Source: a virus (Duplodnaviria; Caudoviricetes). From it: a stretch of 55,693 bases of DNA. Positions 1 through 7,013 of this stretch are shown in pieces. The position numbers and the translations under genes are program-made. The stretch spans positions 1 through 55,693 of the IMG/VR virus record IMGVR_UViG_3300030109_001698; one strand, given 5' to 3'. Under the pieces are notes generated by a model, which had not been told where the DNA came from, did no database searches, and saw only the letters and a program-made list of their open reading frames with translations. Every line of letters starts with the position of its first letter. The first letter of the stretch is position 1.

Positions 1-10
1 TATTTTATTA

Positions 11-41
11 TATTATCCAACACTAATCGTATTTAATTTGT
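11..41 (-). promoter_or_regulatory. Early promoter-like motif copy 1 (its gene lies left of the window)
   Basis: + strand TATTATCCA-acactaa-TCGT-atttaat-TTGT; same spacing as 7 other copies. Confidence 0.75.
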
Positions 42-56
42 GATGCGTGTATAGCA

Positions 57-197
57 CTATTTATCATACCACACTCCGTATACTTTACAACCGTGATGTG
101 TGGTACAAAACAGTTTTCTTTTTATTTCTTTAGGTTTATTTACCTGGCTTTTGTCCCAGTATTTAGGATTCTTACTGTTTAGTTTTTTCTTTTTCAT
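57..197 (-). CDS. Small basic hypothetical protein (46 aa, MKKKKLNSKNPKYWDK...GVWYDK)
   Basis: Translated by hand, below ORF-track cutoff; fits the packed minus-strand gene run. Confidence 0.6.
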   Translation of the reverse strand: MKKKKLNSKNPKYWDKSQVNKPKEIKRKLFCTTHHGCKVYGVWYDK

Positions 198-312
198 TGT
201 ATTTCTTTATATTATTATTAAATATATTTCTTCTTATACTACATTTTATTTGTGAGGTAACATACATTCCTATTACAATACCTACACCTAATACTATTAT
301 TAATTCTATCAT
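172..312 (-). CDS. Small single-TM protein (46 aa, MIELIIVLGVGIVIGMYVTSQ...)
   Basis: Translated by hand; hydrophobic N-terminus; ATG just after the upstream stop. Confidence 0.6.
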   Translation of the reverse strand: MIELIIVLGVGIVIGMYVTSQIKCSIRRNIFNNNIKKYNEKEKTKQ

Positions 313-313
313 A

Positions 314-925
314 TTATTTTACTTTATATCTATGTCCATCTATTATTATTTCTACTGAACTTGGTGGTTCTTCTGTCCATTTATTCCAATAAGCATGTTG
401 CTCATGTACAAATACATCACCGTTTTCTAAGTTTTCTATCTGACCACCTGAGTATTTGAAATTAACCATATCTTCAGTATCTTGACACCTAAGGAAATTA
501 CCTAGTTTTGCTTCATGAACCCATTTAGGTACAAACTTACCATCTTCTATCATATTCGCTTGTTTAATATAATAGTTTTTGAGACAATAGTCTATTAAGT
601 ATTGTAATCTTTTTCTAGTACTATTTAACTTTATACGTTTTTTACTTTCAAATTTATTGTATTTACCTGTCCACTCTTGTTTCATTGTTCCTGTTATCCA
701 CTTGTAATCTTTATAATACTCTACATGTTGTTCGCATTTATTTAGTTGATACGCAGTATGTCCACCATTCATTCTTCTTACATAACCTGACTCAAACGAA
801 CCAACCTCTATGTATTCACCATATTGTTTAATTGGTAGTCTATATATTCTCGTACCATTACTTATTTGTTTATCAGTTGTAATATCCTTCCAACCTAATA
901 AATCTATTTGTTCTTTTAGTGTCAT
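314..925 (-). CDS. Hypothetical early protein (~203 aa)
   Basis: Track ORF 314..958; ATG at 925 (MTLKEQ) preferred because the upstream ORF stops at 927. Confidence 0.75.
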   Translation of the reverse strand: MTLKEQIDLLGWKDITTDKQISNGTRIYRLPIKQYGEYIEVGSFESGYVRRMNGGHTAYQLNKCEQHVEYYKDYKWITGTMKQEWTGKYNKFESKKRIKLNSTRKRLQYLIDYCLKNYYIKQANMIEDGKFVPKWVHEAKLGNFLRCQDTEDMVNFKYSGGQIENLENGDVFVHEQHAYWNKWTEEPPSSVEIIIDGHRYKVK

Positions 926-926
926 A

Positions 927-1097
927 TTATTTCTTTTCATTAACTTCTTGAATATCAATTAGTTGTGTCATGTAGTCACCATTATCTATCAACTCTATTT
1001 GTAAGTTTATAATCGCTTGTTTTTCGGTTACACCTTCTATTTCTACCATAGTTTTCATACTTATACAGTCTCTGTATACAATTTCATAATTTTTCAT
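927..1097 (-). CDS. Hypothetical protein (56 aa, MKNYEIVYRDCISMK...EVNEKK)
   Basis: Translated by hand; A-rich leader, fills the gap between neighbours. Confidence 0.65.
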   Translation of the reverse strand: MKNYEIVYRDCISMKTMVEIEGVTEKQAIINLQIELIDNGDYMTQLIDIQEVNEKK

Positions 1098-1115
1098 AGT
1101 TTTATTTTTTATTAA

Positions 1116-1358
1116 TTAGTTATTATCTTCATTTAAAAACCTATCACCGAACATATCTTCCCAGTCCATATCTGTTAGACACATATTAGTCCATGTAAAG
1201 AAGTCTCGTAATGTTTCTACAGTTAATTCACCCCAAAACTTATTATCTTGTAGTTTTTTTCTAATGTTTTGTGGGCCGTGTGTATAGCAACCTGAGTCTA
1301 TATACTCTTGTACTATAATTTTATACTCTGGTTTGAGTCTGTTCCATAAGTTATCCAT
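1116..1358 (-). CDS. Hypothetical early protein (80 aa)
   Basis: ORF track; directly downstream of the motif at 1381. Confidence 0.75.
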   Translation of the reverse strand: MDNLWNRLKPEYKIIVQEYIDSGCYTHGPQNIRKKLQDNKFWGELTVETLRDFFTWTNMCLTDMDWEDMFGDRFLNEDNN

Positions 1359-1380
1359 ATTATTATATTTTATTTGTTTA

Positions 1381-1411
1381 TATTATCCATTAGTAATCGT
1401 ATTCAATCCGT
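1381..1411 (-). promoter_or_regulatory. Early promoter-like motif copy 2
   Basis: TATTATCCA-ttagtaa-TCGT-attcaat-CCGT; overlaps the 3' end of ORF 1390..1683. Confidence 0.8.
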
Positions 1412-1683
1412 AATAGATCACGGTTCTCTTCAGACATAACTTCTAAATTATAAATGTAGTTTTCGTAATGACTAGAATCTACTCTTTCACTCCAAATATC
1501 TTCATTCATCCATTCTATTATGTCTTCACAAGTATTTATATTTTCTCTAATTACATTTTCAATCTTATAGTTTTGTAGTACGTTATTTAATTCTTTATCA
1601 GTTTGAACAAAGAACATACATATTACCCCGATAGTAAAACCAAATATACCACCTATTATTGTTGTTTGTGTTTCTATTTTCAT
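1390..1683 (-). CDS. Membrane-anchored hypothetical protein (97 aa)
   Basis: N-terminal TM (IIGGIFGFTIGVICMFFV), acidic helical tail. Confidence 0.75.
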   Translation of the reverse strand: MKIETQTTIIGGIFGFTIGVICMFFVQTDKELNNVLQNYKIENVIRENINTCEDIIEWMNEDIWSERVDSSHYENYIYNLEVMSEENRDLLRIEYDY

Positions 1684-1694
1684 ATTTTTTTTAT

Positions 1695-1913
1695 TTAGTC
1701 AATTTCATCACAGTTTTCACACTCATCTTTATAATATTCATTAATTAAACTATCTCTTTCGTACATATAATCTATCCATAGTTTATCTAGTTTATAGTTT
1801 ATTTTAACTTGTTTCTGTGTTACTTGAGTAGTTCCACAACTCATCATCATTAGTCCTAAAACTAAAGATATCCACGTTATTATAAATATATTTCTACTTT
1901 TTCTTTCACTCAT
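1695..1913 (-). CDS. Putative lipoprotein (72 aa)
   Basis: Basic N-terminus, hydrophobic stretch, lipobox-like MMS-C-GTT. Confidence 0.65.
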   Translation of the reverse strand: MSERKSRNIFIITWISLVLGLMMMSCGTTQVTQKQVKINYKLDKLWIDYMYERDSLINEYYKDECENCDEID

Positions 1914-1917
1914 AATT

Positions 1918-1998
1918 TTATTGTTTTCTATTTAATATTATACTTATCATTACTACAAAATATACTAATAGTAATATTCCTTTTATATATACTTCCAT
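1918..1998 (-). CDS. Possible 26-aa hydrophobic peptide (MEVYIKGILLLVYFVVMISIILNRKQ)
   Basis: Translated by hand; TAATG coupling to the upstream stop, fills the gap. Confidence 0.45.
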   Translation of the reverse strand: MEVYIKGILLLVYFVVMISIILNRKQ

Positions 1999-2249
1999 TA
2001 ATCTAGTCCGTCTCTATTACCTCTTAGTATACCACTCTTCTTGTCGTGTTGGTGGAGGTCGTGTATAGCACTCGAAAGAGGACTTATCTCACGTTTAACT
2101 TCGTTATCCCATATTTCTTGGGCCTCTTTATTTACTACTGGTGGAAGTAAATAATAACCTAAGTGATGTTCTTGACCGAAACTATCTATCACATGGACAT
2201 TATAGTGTGTATTACCTTCGTACTTATCTATTATTATTCTTCTACTCAT
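1998..2249 (-). CDS. Hypothetical early protein
   Basis: Track ORF 1998..2273 starts at GTG; ATG at 2249 (MSRRII) has an A-rich leader. Confidence 0.7.
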   Translation of the reverse strand: MSRRIIIDKYEGNTHYNVHVIDSFGQEHHLGYYLLPPVVNKEAQEIWDNEVKREISPLSSAIHDLHQHDKKSGILRGNRDGLD

Positions 2250-2295
2250 TTTCTTATTTGTTTTATAATCCACTTTTCGTTATAACTTTTCTTTT

Positions 2296-2553
2296 TCATA
2301 ATTTTTCTACTTTTTCACCGTTAACAATTAGTTCGTACTCACCATATTCTTTACGAGTCTTTACATACTCTAACGGAAACTCTTGGTGAGTCTTAAATGA
2401 AGAATATCCATTTGGTCCTTCACTTAGTATTTCTACATCACCATAACCTACCCAGTAAGGATTGTGGTTCATCTCTACTATTATTTGTTTTTTTTCTTTT
2501 ACGTTACTATAGTCTTGTTGTAAGAACATAGTTTTTAATTCTTGTCTAGTCAT
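2296..2553 (-). CDS. Hypothetical early protein (85 aa)
   Basis: ORF track, operon packing. Confidence 0.75.
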   Translation of the reverse strand: MTRQELKTMFLQQDYSNVKEKKQIIVEMNHNPYWVGYGDVEILSEGPNGYSSFKTHQEFPLEYVKTRKEYGEYELIVNGEKVEKL

Positions 2554-2555
2554 AG

Positions 2556-2702
2556 TTATATATCTTTATCTGTTAATAAATCTTTTATTTCGTCTTGTGC
2601 ACTTTCCAACCATTTATCTATACAATCAGTGTATGGATCGAAGTCTGGTAAGTATTTAATTAATAATCTTTTTAATTCTTTAAGTTCAGTTAGTTTGTTC
2701 AT
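2556..2702 (-). CDS. Hypothetical protein (48 aa, MNKLTELKELKRLL...DKDI)
   Basis: Translated by hand; ATG about 15 nt downstream of the motif at 2718. Confidence 0.65.
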   Translation of the reverse strand: MNKLTELKELKRLLIKYLPDFDPYTDCIDKWLESAQDEIKDLLTDKDI

Positions 2703-2717
2703 AATTTTATTTTATTA

Positions 2718-2748
2718 TATTATCCAATAGTGTTTGTATTCAGTCCGT
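2718..2748 (-). promoter_or_regulatory. Early promoter-like motif copy 3
   Basis: TATTATCCA-atagtgt-TTGT-attcagt-CCGT. Confidence 0.8.
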
Positions 2749-2755
2749 AAAAGTG

Positions 2756-2798
2756 TGACAAAAGGGTGTTACTCTATTTCCTTAACACCCTAATGTCA
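2756..2798. other. Intergenic inverted repeat (stem-loop)
   Basis: TGACA-aa-AGGGTGTTA ... TAACACCCT-aa-TGTCA, 3' of ORF 2811..3062. Confidence 0.65.
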
Positions 2799-2810
2799 TA
2801 CTCCAACTAA

Positions 2811-3062
2811 CTAAACTAGTTCCTTACCTCTTAGTATCATTGGTATATTATTGGTCGCGGTGTAAGACTTATACTTTTCCCAACATGGTAGAGTAGTCAA
2901 AGTTTCTTTCATTATATCGAATACTTTATCGTGGTTATAAGTTATTTCTTTACCTTTTTTCGTTACGAAAGTTATAATTTGGTTTTTACCGATTAATGAC
3001 TTTCTTACTACAAATCTTTTAGATTTTAATACATTTACTGTGTTTTTTTCTTTGTTTTTCAT
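2811..3062 (-). CDS. Basic early protein, paralog of 4139..4363
   Basis: Shares KRFVxRKSLIG, TKKGKExTYNHDxV, KYKSYTxTNNIP. Confidence 0.85.
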   Translation of the reverse strand: MKNKEKNTVNVLKSKRFVVRKSLIGKNQIITFVTKKGKEITYNHDKVFDIMKETLTTLPCWEKYKSYTATNNIPMILRGKELV

Positions 3063-3107
3063 AATTTTTTTAGTTTAGTTTAGTTTATATTTATTTTATT
3101 ACATTTA

Positions 3108-3138
3108 TATTATCCAATACTTTTCGTTTTTGTTCCGT
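3108..3138 (-). promoter_or_regulatory. Early promoter-like motif copy 4
   Basis: TATTATCCA-atacttt-TCGT-ttttgtt-CCGT. Confidence 0.8.
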
Positions 3139-3188
3139 AAAAGTATATTATTTGTTTAGTTGATATTTTTAGTTAGTAGGTATTAGTC

Positions 3189-3434
3189 TTACCTTGATTG
3201 TGTATGACTAAAACTTTTATGGAATACTAGTCTATCTTTGAAATTATTATAATCAAAATACTTATTATTATTATAGTGTTCGTCGAGACTTATATAACAG
3301 TAACCTTTTATATTTAAGTGTTCAGTATAATACTTATCAAACCATTTTGGTAATTGGTGTAATTGGTATGGTAAATAAATTTTATTATTTAATTTAATAA
3401 TTTGAAGAGAGGAGAATTTAATTTTATTATTCAT
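3189..3434 (-). CDS. Hypothetical early protein (81 aa)
   Basis: ORF track; directly downstream of the motif at 3448. Confidence 0.7.
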   Translation of the reverse strand: MNNKIKFSSLQIIKLNNKIYLPYQLHQLPKWFDKYYTEHLNIKGYCYISLDEHYNNNKYFDYNNFKDRLVFHKSFSHTQSR

Positions 3435-3447
3435 AACTTTTTTATAT

Positions 3448-3478
3448 TATTATCCAAACCACTTCGTCGCTCCTCCGT
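3448..3478 (-). promoter_or_regulatory. Early promoter-like motif copy 5
   Basis: TATTATCCA-aaccact-TCGT-cgctcct-CCGT. Confidence 0.8.
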
Positions 3479-3562
3479 GTCTCGGTGCTATACACCACAC
3501 ACCTTCGGTGTTCAGTCGGTGTGCCTCGCTTGTATGGACAATGAAGTTCCAATCGTTTATTA

Positions 3563-3593
3563 TATTATCCAAAGAGTGTCGTCGCTCCTCCGT
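3563..3593 (-). promoter_or_regulatory. Early promoter-like motif copy 6 (no ORF directly downstream)
   Basis: TATTATCCA-aagagtg-TCGT-cgctcct-CCGT; 17 bp identical to copy 5. Confidence 0.8.
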
Positions 3594-3620
3594 GTTGCTA
3601 TACACTTCGTGCTATACACG

Positions 3621-3636
3621 AGTGCCTTTCGGCACT
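3621..3636 (-). other. GAAA-tetraloop hairpin 3' of ORF 3644..3799
   Basis: Minus strand AGTGCC-GAAA-GGCACT; no U-tract. Confidence 0.55.
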
Positions 3637-3643
3637 TCATGTT

Positions 3644-3799
3644 TTACAGTAACTCAACTGACATGTTTAATGAATCCCACAAGTCTCCATACTCAGACTC
3701 ATAGATATTATCAAGAGTATACACTGTGTTGTTGATAGTCATTTCATAGATGTCATTATCTTCATCTAGTTTTATTGTAATTATAGGTTTTAGTTTCAT
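3644..3799 (-). CDS. Small acidic protein (51 aa, MKLKPIITIKLDEDNDIYEM...VELL)
   Basis: Translated by hand; A-rich leader. Confidence 0.65.
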   Translation of the reverse strand: MKLKPIITIKLDEDNDIYEMTINNTVYTLDNIYESEYGDLWDSLNMSVELL

Positions 3800-3824
3800 A
3801 GTTTTAATTTTATTTAGTTAGTTA

Positions 3825-4055
3825 TTATATATTAATAATTAGATATGATAATTCTACATCTTTAGATATATGATGAGAGAATGGTATTTTATTATTTAAT
3901 AATTCTATCATAATTTCTTTTATATTACTAGTATATTCGAACACTACTATAGAATCGTCATCATGGTGTGGATGTAGTTCTCTTTCTACTTCACAGTCGA
4001 TTAGATAGTGGTATTCAGAGTCTGATAGTTTTGGTAAATTAATTAGTTTAGTCAT
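3825..4055 (-). CDS. Hypothetical early protein (76 aa)
   Basis: ORF track; downstream of the motif at 4091. Confidence 0.75.
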   Translation of the reverse strand: MTKLINLPKLSDSEYHYLIDCEVERELHPHHDDDSIVVFEYTSNIKEIMIELLNNKIPFSHHISKDVELSYLIINI

Positions 4056-4090
4056 AGTTTTATTTATTTAGTTAGTTATTTATTTATATA

Positions 4091-4121
4091 TATTATCCAA
4101 TTATATTAGTATTCTCTCTGT
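4091..4121 (-). promoter_or_regulatory. Early promoter-like motif copy 7 (degenerate)
   Basis: TATTATCCA-attatat-TAGT-attctct-CTGT. Confidence 0.7.
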
Positions 4122-4138
4122 ATTCCAAACACTCTGTA

Positions 4139-4363
4139 TTATCTACAGAATGTTGGAATGTTATTTGTATTTGTGTATGACTTATACTTCTTGAAACAGT
4201 TCATAGATTCAAATCTATCTTTATTTCTTTCATACACTTCATCATGGTTGTAAGTAACTTCTTTACCTTTCTTAGTAGTGAATGTGATGATTGTGTTTGT
4301 ACCAATTAGAGATTTTCTGATTACAAATCTTTTAGTAATAATTTTGTTTAGTTTAGTTTTCAT
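4139..4363 (-). CDS. Basic early protein, paralog of 2811..3062; first gene of the minus arm
   Basis: Aligns by eye to 2811..3062. Confidence 0.85.
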   Translation of the reverse strand: MKTKLNKIITKRFVIRKSLIGTNTIITFTTKKGKEVTYNHDEVYERNKDRFESMNCFKKYKSYTNTNNIPTFCR

Positions 4364-4401
4364 AATTTATTTATTTATTTAATTAATATTCTATTCATAT
4401 A

Positions 4402-4432
4402 TATTATCCATCATCAGTCGTCACTGCTCCGT
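4402..4432 (-). promoter_or_regulatory. Early promoter-like motif copy 8
   Basis: TATTATCCA-tcatcag-TCGT-cactgct-CCGT. Confidence 0.8.
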
Positions 4433-4439
4433 GTCTATG

Positions 4440-4785
4440 CTATACATCAGGAGCGGGGGACATTTCCTGAAACATTTGATGGAACATCTATTTGTAGTTG
4501 TTGAGGTTAGATACATTAGTGACTAGATATTACAGGAGCAAGAAGCCAAACGAATAATAAGCAAATCTGTAGGAACCAAAGCGGGGTGGGCAAAAAAAAT
4601 CAATTTCCCTTTTTCAAAAAAAGCGGGGAGGATAGGAGCAGCACCCTACCCCTATATTTATAATGTACTTTTTTTTAGAAGGGCCGCCCCTTTTTATAGA
4701 AGGTACCGTTAAATATAAGCGGGCTATGTTAAATAAAGAAATTAACATGTAATTATTAGTATTAATAACACAAAGACAAGAAATT
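4440..4785. other. Non-coding divergence region with AGCGGG repeats; candidate genome terminus, packaging site or origin
   Basis: No ORF; strand switch; AGCGGG at 4452, 4580, 4622, 4718; A/T tracts. Confidence 0.45.
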
Positions 4786-5244
4786 ATGGGTTATACACCG
4801 TTCAAGATGAAAGGACCTTCTTTATATAATAGTCCAAATAAAAAATTTAAGAATGTAAGTAAAAAAGTATCTAAGGCTATGAAAGATGCTGAAAAAGGAT
4901 ATTCTACACTAGATGCTTTCAACGATGAAGGTAAAATAAGTAAGGTGGACATTTCAAATAGAATGCTAGACAAAGAAATAGAAAGAAGAAAGAGTGGAGG
5001 TAAAGTAGGGACGGTTTCGTCTCCTGGTGATGAATATATGAAGAAACTAAACAGAAAAGATCGAAACGTACACTATGACCCAAAAAATAATACACAATAT
5101 AGAACGTTTCACGACAAAAAAAACAACATGGTCTACATGCATAATAGAAACGCGTTACTAGGTGAAAAAACCGTGGATCATCCTAAATATGGCCCTCAAA
5201 CTACTGGAGAATATAAAGATATAACAGGTAAGAAAGGAAAATAA
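4786..5244 (+). CDS. Basic protein with FKMKG/SPxK leader
   Basis: MGYTPFKMKGPSLYNSPNK. Confidence 0.8.
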   Translation: MGYTPFKMKGPSLYNSPNKKFKNVSKKVSKAMKDAEKGYSTLDAFNDEGKISKVDISNRMLDKEIERRKSGGKVGTVSSPGDEYMKKLNRKDRNVHYDPKNNTQYRTFHDKKNNMVYMHNRNALLGEKTVDHPKYGPQTTGEYKDITGKKGK

Positions 5245-5474
5245 TGGCCGAAAAACGACCAGGTAACTCACAAGGGCTTAGTCCAACAGCTTTAAGAGCT
5301 AAACGAGCAAGAGACAAAGCTGCGGCTATGACCACTAAAAGAAAAAATAGAAAAGCAGAGAATCAGAGGATAGGACAAAGACCAGATAGTGATCTACATC
5401 ACACATCATCAGGTACAGTAAAAAGAACATCGATAGCTTATAACAGAGCGACACACGATAGAAAAGAAGTATAA
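5244..5474 (+). CDS. Small basic protein, possible degenerate HNH-like motif
   Basis: Arg/Lys rich; DLHH...YNR; coupled via TAATG. Confidence 0.65.
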   Translation: MAEKRPGNSQGLSPTALRAKRARDKAAAMTTKRKNRKAENQRIGQRPDSDLHHTSSGTVKRTSIAYNRATHDRKEV

Positions 5475-5475
5475 T

Positions 5476-5982
5476 ATGAAGAAATACGAACCGTTTAAAA
5501 TGAAGGGACACGAATTACCTGGGCCGAACCAAAGAAGTTCATCTCCGGTTAAAAATGTTGATGCTGACCCTAAATCGTATTTAGATGAAAGCGGTAGAAG
5601 AGTATATGGTGATGCTCATGCTAATACGGGTATAGAAGGTACTTCTGAAGGAGTTAGAGGTTCTGGTAGTAACTGGAGAGAAGCTACTTATTCGGATACG
5701 TCGCCAATGGCAGGTAAAACTTATCGTAATATATCAAGTCAAGACGTAGATATGGATAAATTAATAAGTGCTTCAGCCGGTGCTGATAACGTGGTAACTA
5801 AAACACAAGCTGGTATAGGTGCTATTCCAGTAGACCCAGTACAATCTGATTTTGTTCCTGAAGGAACAGAAACTGGAGGCGCACTTATGGATAGGAAAGA
5901 TAATTATAGTGGTTTAGGAAAAGCTATGGTTAAAAAAGAAAACGTAGACGTTGAAGTAACAGTAAACGGTAAAAAAATATAA
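5476..5982 (+). CDS. Protein with FKMKG/SPxK leader
   Basis: MKKYEPFKMKG...SSSPVK. Confidence 0.8.
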   Translation: MKKYEPFKMKGHELPGPNQRSSSPVKNVDADPKSYLDESGRRVYGDAHANTGIEGTSEGVRGSGSNWREATYSDTSPMAGKTYRNISSQDVDMDKLISASAGADNVVTKTQAGIGAIPVDPVQSDFVPEGTETGGALMDRKDNYSGLGKAMVKKENVDVEVTVNGKKI

Positions 5983-5984
5983 AT

Positions 5985-6350
5985 ATGGAAAAACCATTTA
6001 AAATGAAAGGACAGCCTTTCAAAAGAAATTTTGGTATAGGTGAAAAAGAATCACCAGCAAAAAACTGGCTTGCTAATGCTGGTAAAGCAATAACAGCAAA
6101 TGTAAAAGAAGCTGGTGGGTGGGGGCAAGTAGCGGCTAAGTCTTTAGCTGCTGGTATGAGAACGCTGAAAGGTGGTTACGATGCTTTTCAACCTACAAAA
6201 GAAAAACAAGAAGAACTTAGTACGTCTCAAATGTTAGAAAACTTCAAACAAGAACTGGATATGGATAATTTAAGTCAAGAGGAAAAAGATATGATAGAAG
6301 ATTTTGAAAACGTAATTAAAAAACAAAACGAATCAGAAGAAGAAGAATAA
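5985..6350 (+). CDS. Protein with FKMKG/SPxK leader
   Basis: MEKPFKMKG...ESPAK, then an Ala/Gly amphipathic segment and acidic tail. Confidence 0.8.
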   Translation: MEKPFKMKGQPFKRNFGIGEKESPAKNWLANAGKAITANVKEAGGWGQVAAKSLAAGMRTLKGGYDAFQPTKEKQEELSTSQMLENFKQELDMDNLSQEEKDMIEDFENVIKKQNESEEEE

Positions 6351-6351
6351 T

Positions 6352-6978
6352 ATGGGATTTAATTTTAAAAAATATAAAGGAGCTGTTACTGGAGACTCAC
6401 CCCTACACAAAGGAGAAAAGGGAGAGGGGTCTGGTAAATCTATAACTAGGAAACAACACGCTGGTGATGTTGGTAGAAGAGCTACAGCTACCAAAGCACA
6501 AGACAGATCTGGTTATTCAAGATCTGGAGGAGATTATATAAACGTACACTCTTTCACGGCTAACACAAGATTGTCACCAAGTTTAGCTAATACATTAGGA
6601 CCTTCTATATCACCAGCTGTTAGAGGCAAGGGCAACAGTGGAAGTGGAGAGTTTGAATTACCAGATATAGATACTACATTAGCAAACTTTGATGTAACTA
6701 CAGAAATAGTAAAAGGAAACAACAAGAAGAAAAGAGGTTTTCAAGAAATTTACGATGAATTCCCTATAGTAAATGGAAAAAGGTACAATAAAAGCACAAA
6801 CACATACTATGACGACCTTCAAGACTTTAAAGATGACGCGGCAAAAAACCCGTCTAAAAGTAGTGGAAAAGATAAAGTTGTAACAACAGTAAAAAAGGAT
6901 GGAAAAGTAATTATTCAATACGAAGGCGAGGGTGGTGATCTGTTTAAACAAGAAGATATATTAGAAAAAAATAAATAA
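6352..6978 (+). CDS. Protein with variant leader
   Basis: MGFNFKKYKG...DSPLHK. Confidence 0.8.
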   Translation: MGFNFKKYKGAVTGDSPLHKGEKGEGSGKSITRKQHAGDVGRRATATKAQDRSGYSRSGGDYINVHSFTANTRLSPSLANTLGPSISPAVRGKGNSGSGEFELPDIDTTLANFDVTTEIVKGNNKKKRGFQEIYDEFPIVNGKRYNKSTNTYYDDLQDFKDDAAKNPSKSSGKDKVVTTVKKDGKVIIQYEGEGGDLFKQEDILEKNK

Positions 6979-7013
6979 CAAAAACATAATAATTAATACA
7001 AAAATATAAAACA

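Noticed and set aside
3448-3620. CRISPR-like or mini-array from the repeated TCGTCGCTCCTCCGTGT and GCTATACAC
   Set aside because: Only two long copies, irregular spacing, no cas genes; explained by the promoter and operator motifs
2141-3735. Plus-strand ORFs 2141, 2542, 3402 and 3508
   Set aside because: Antisense to the minus-strand genes and promoters; atypical composition
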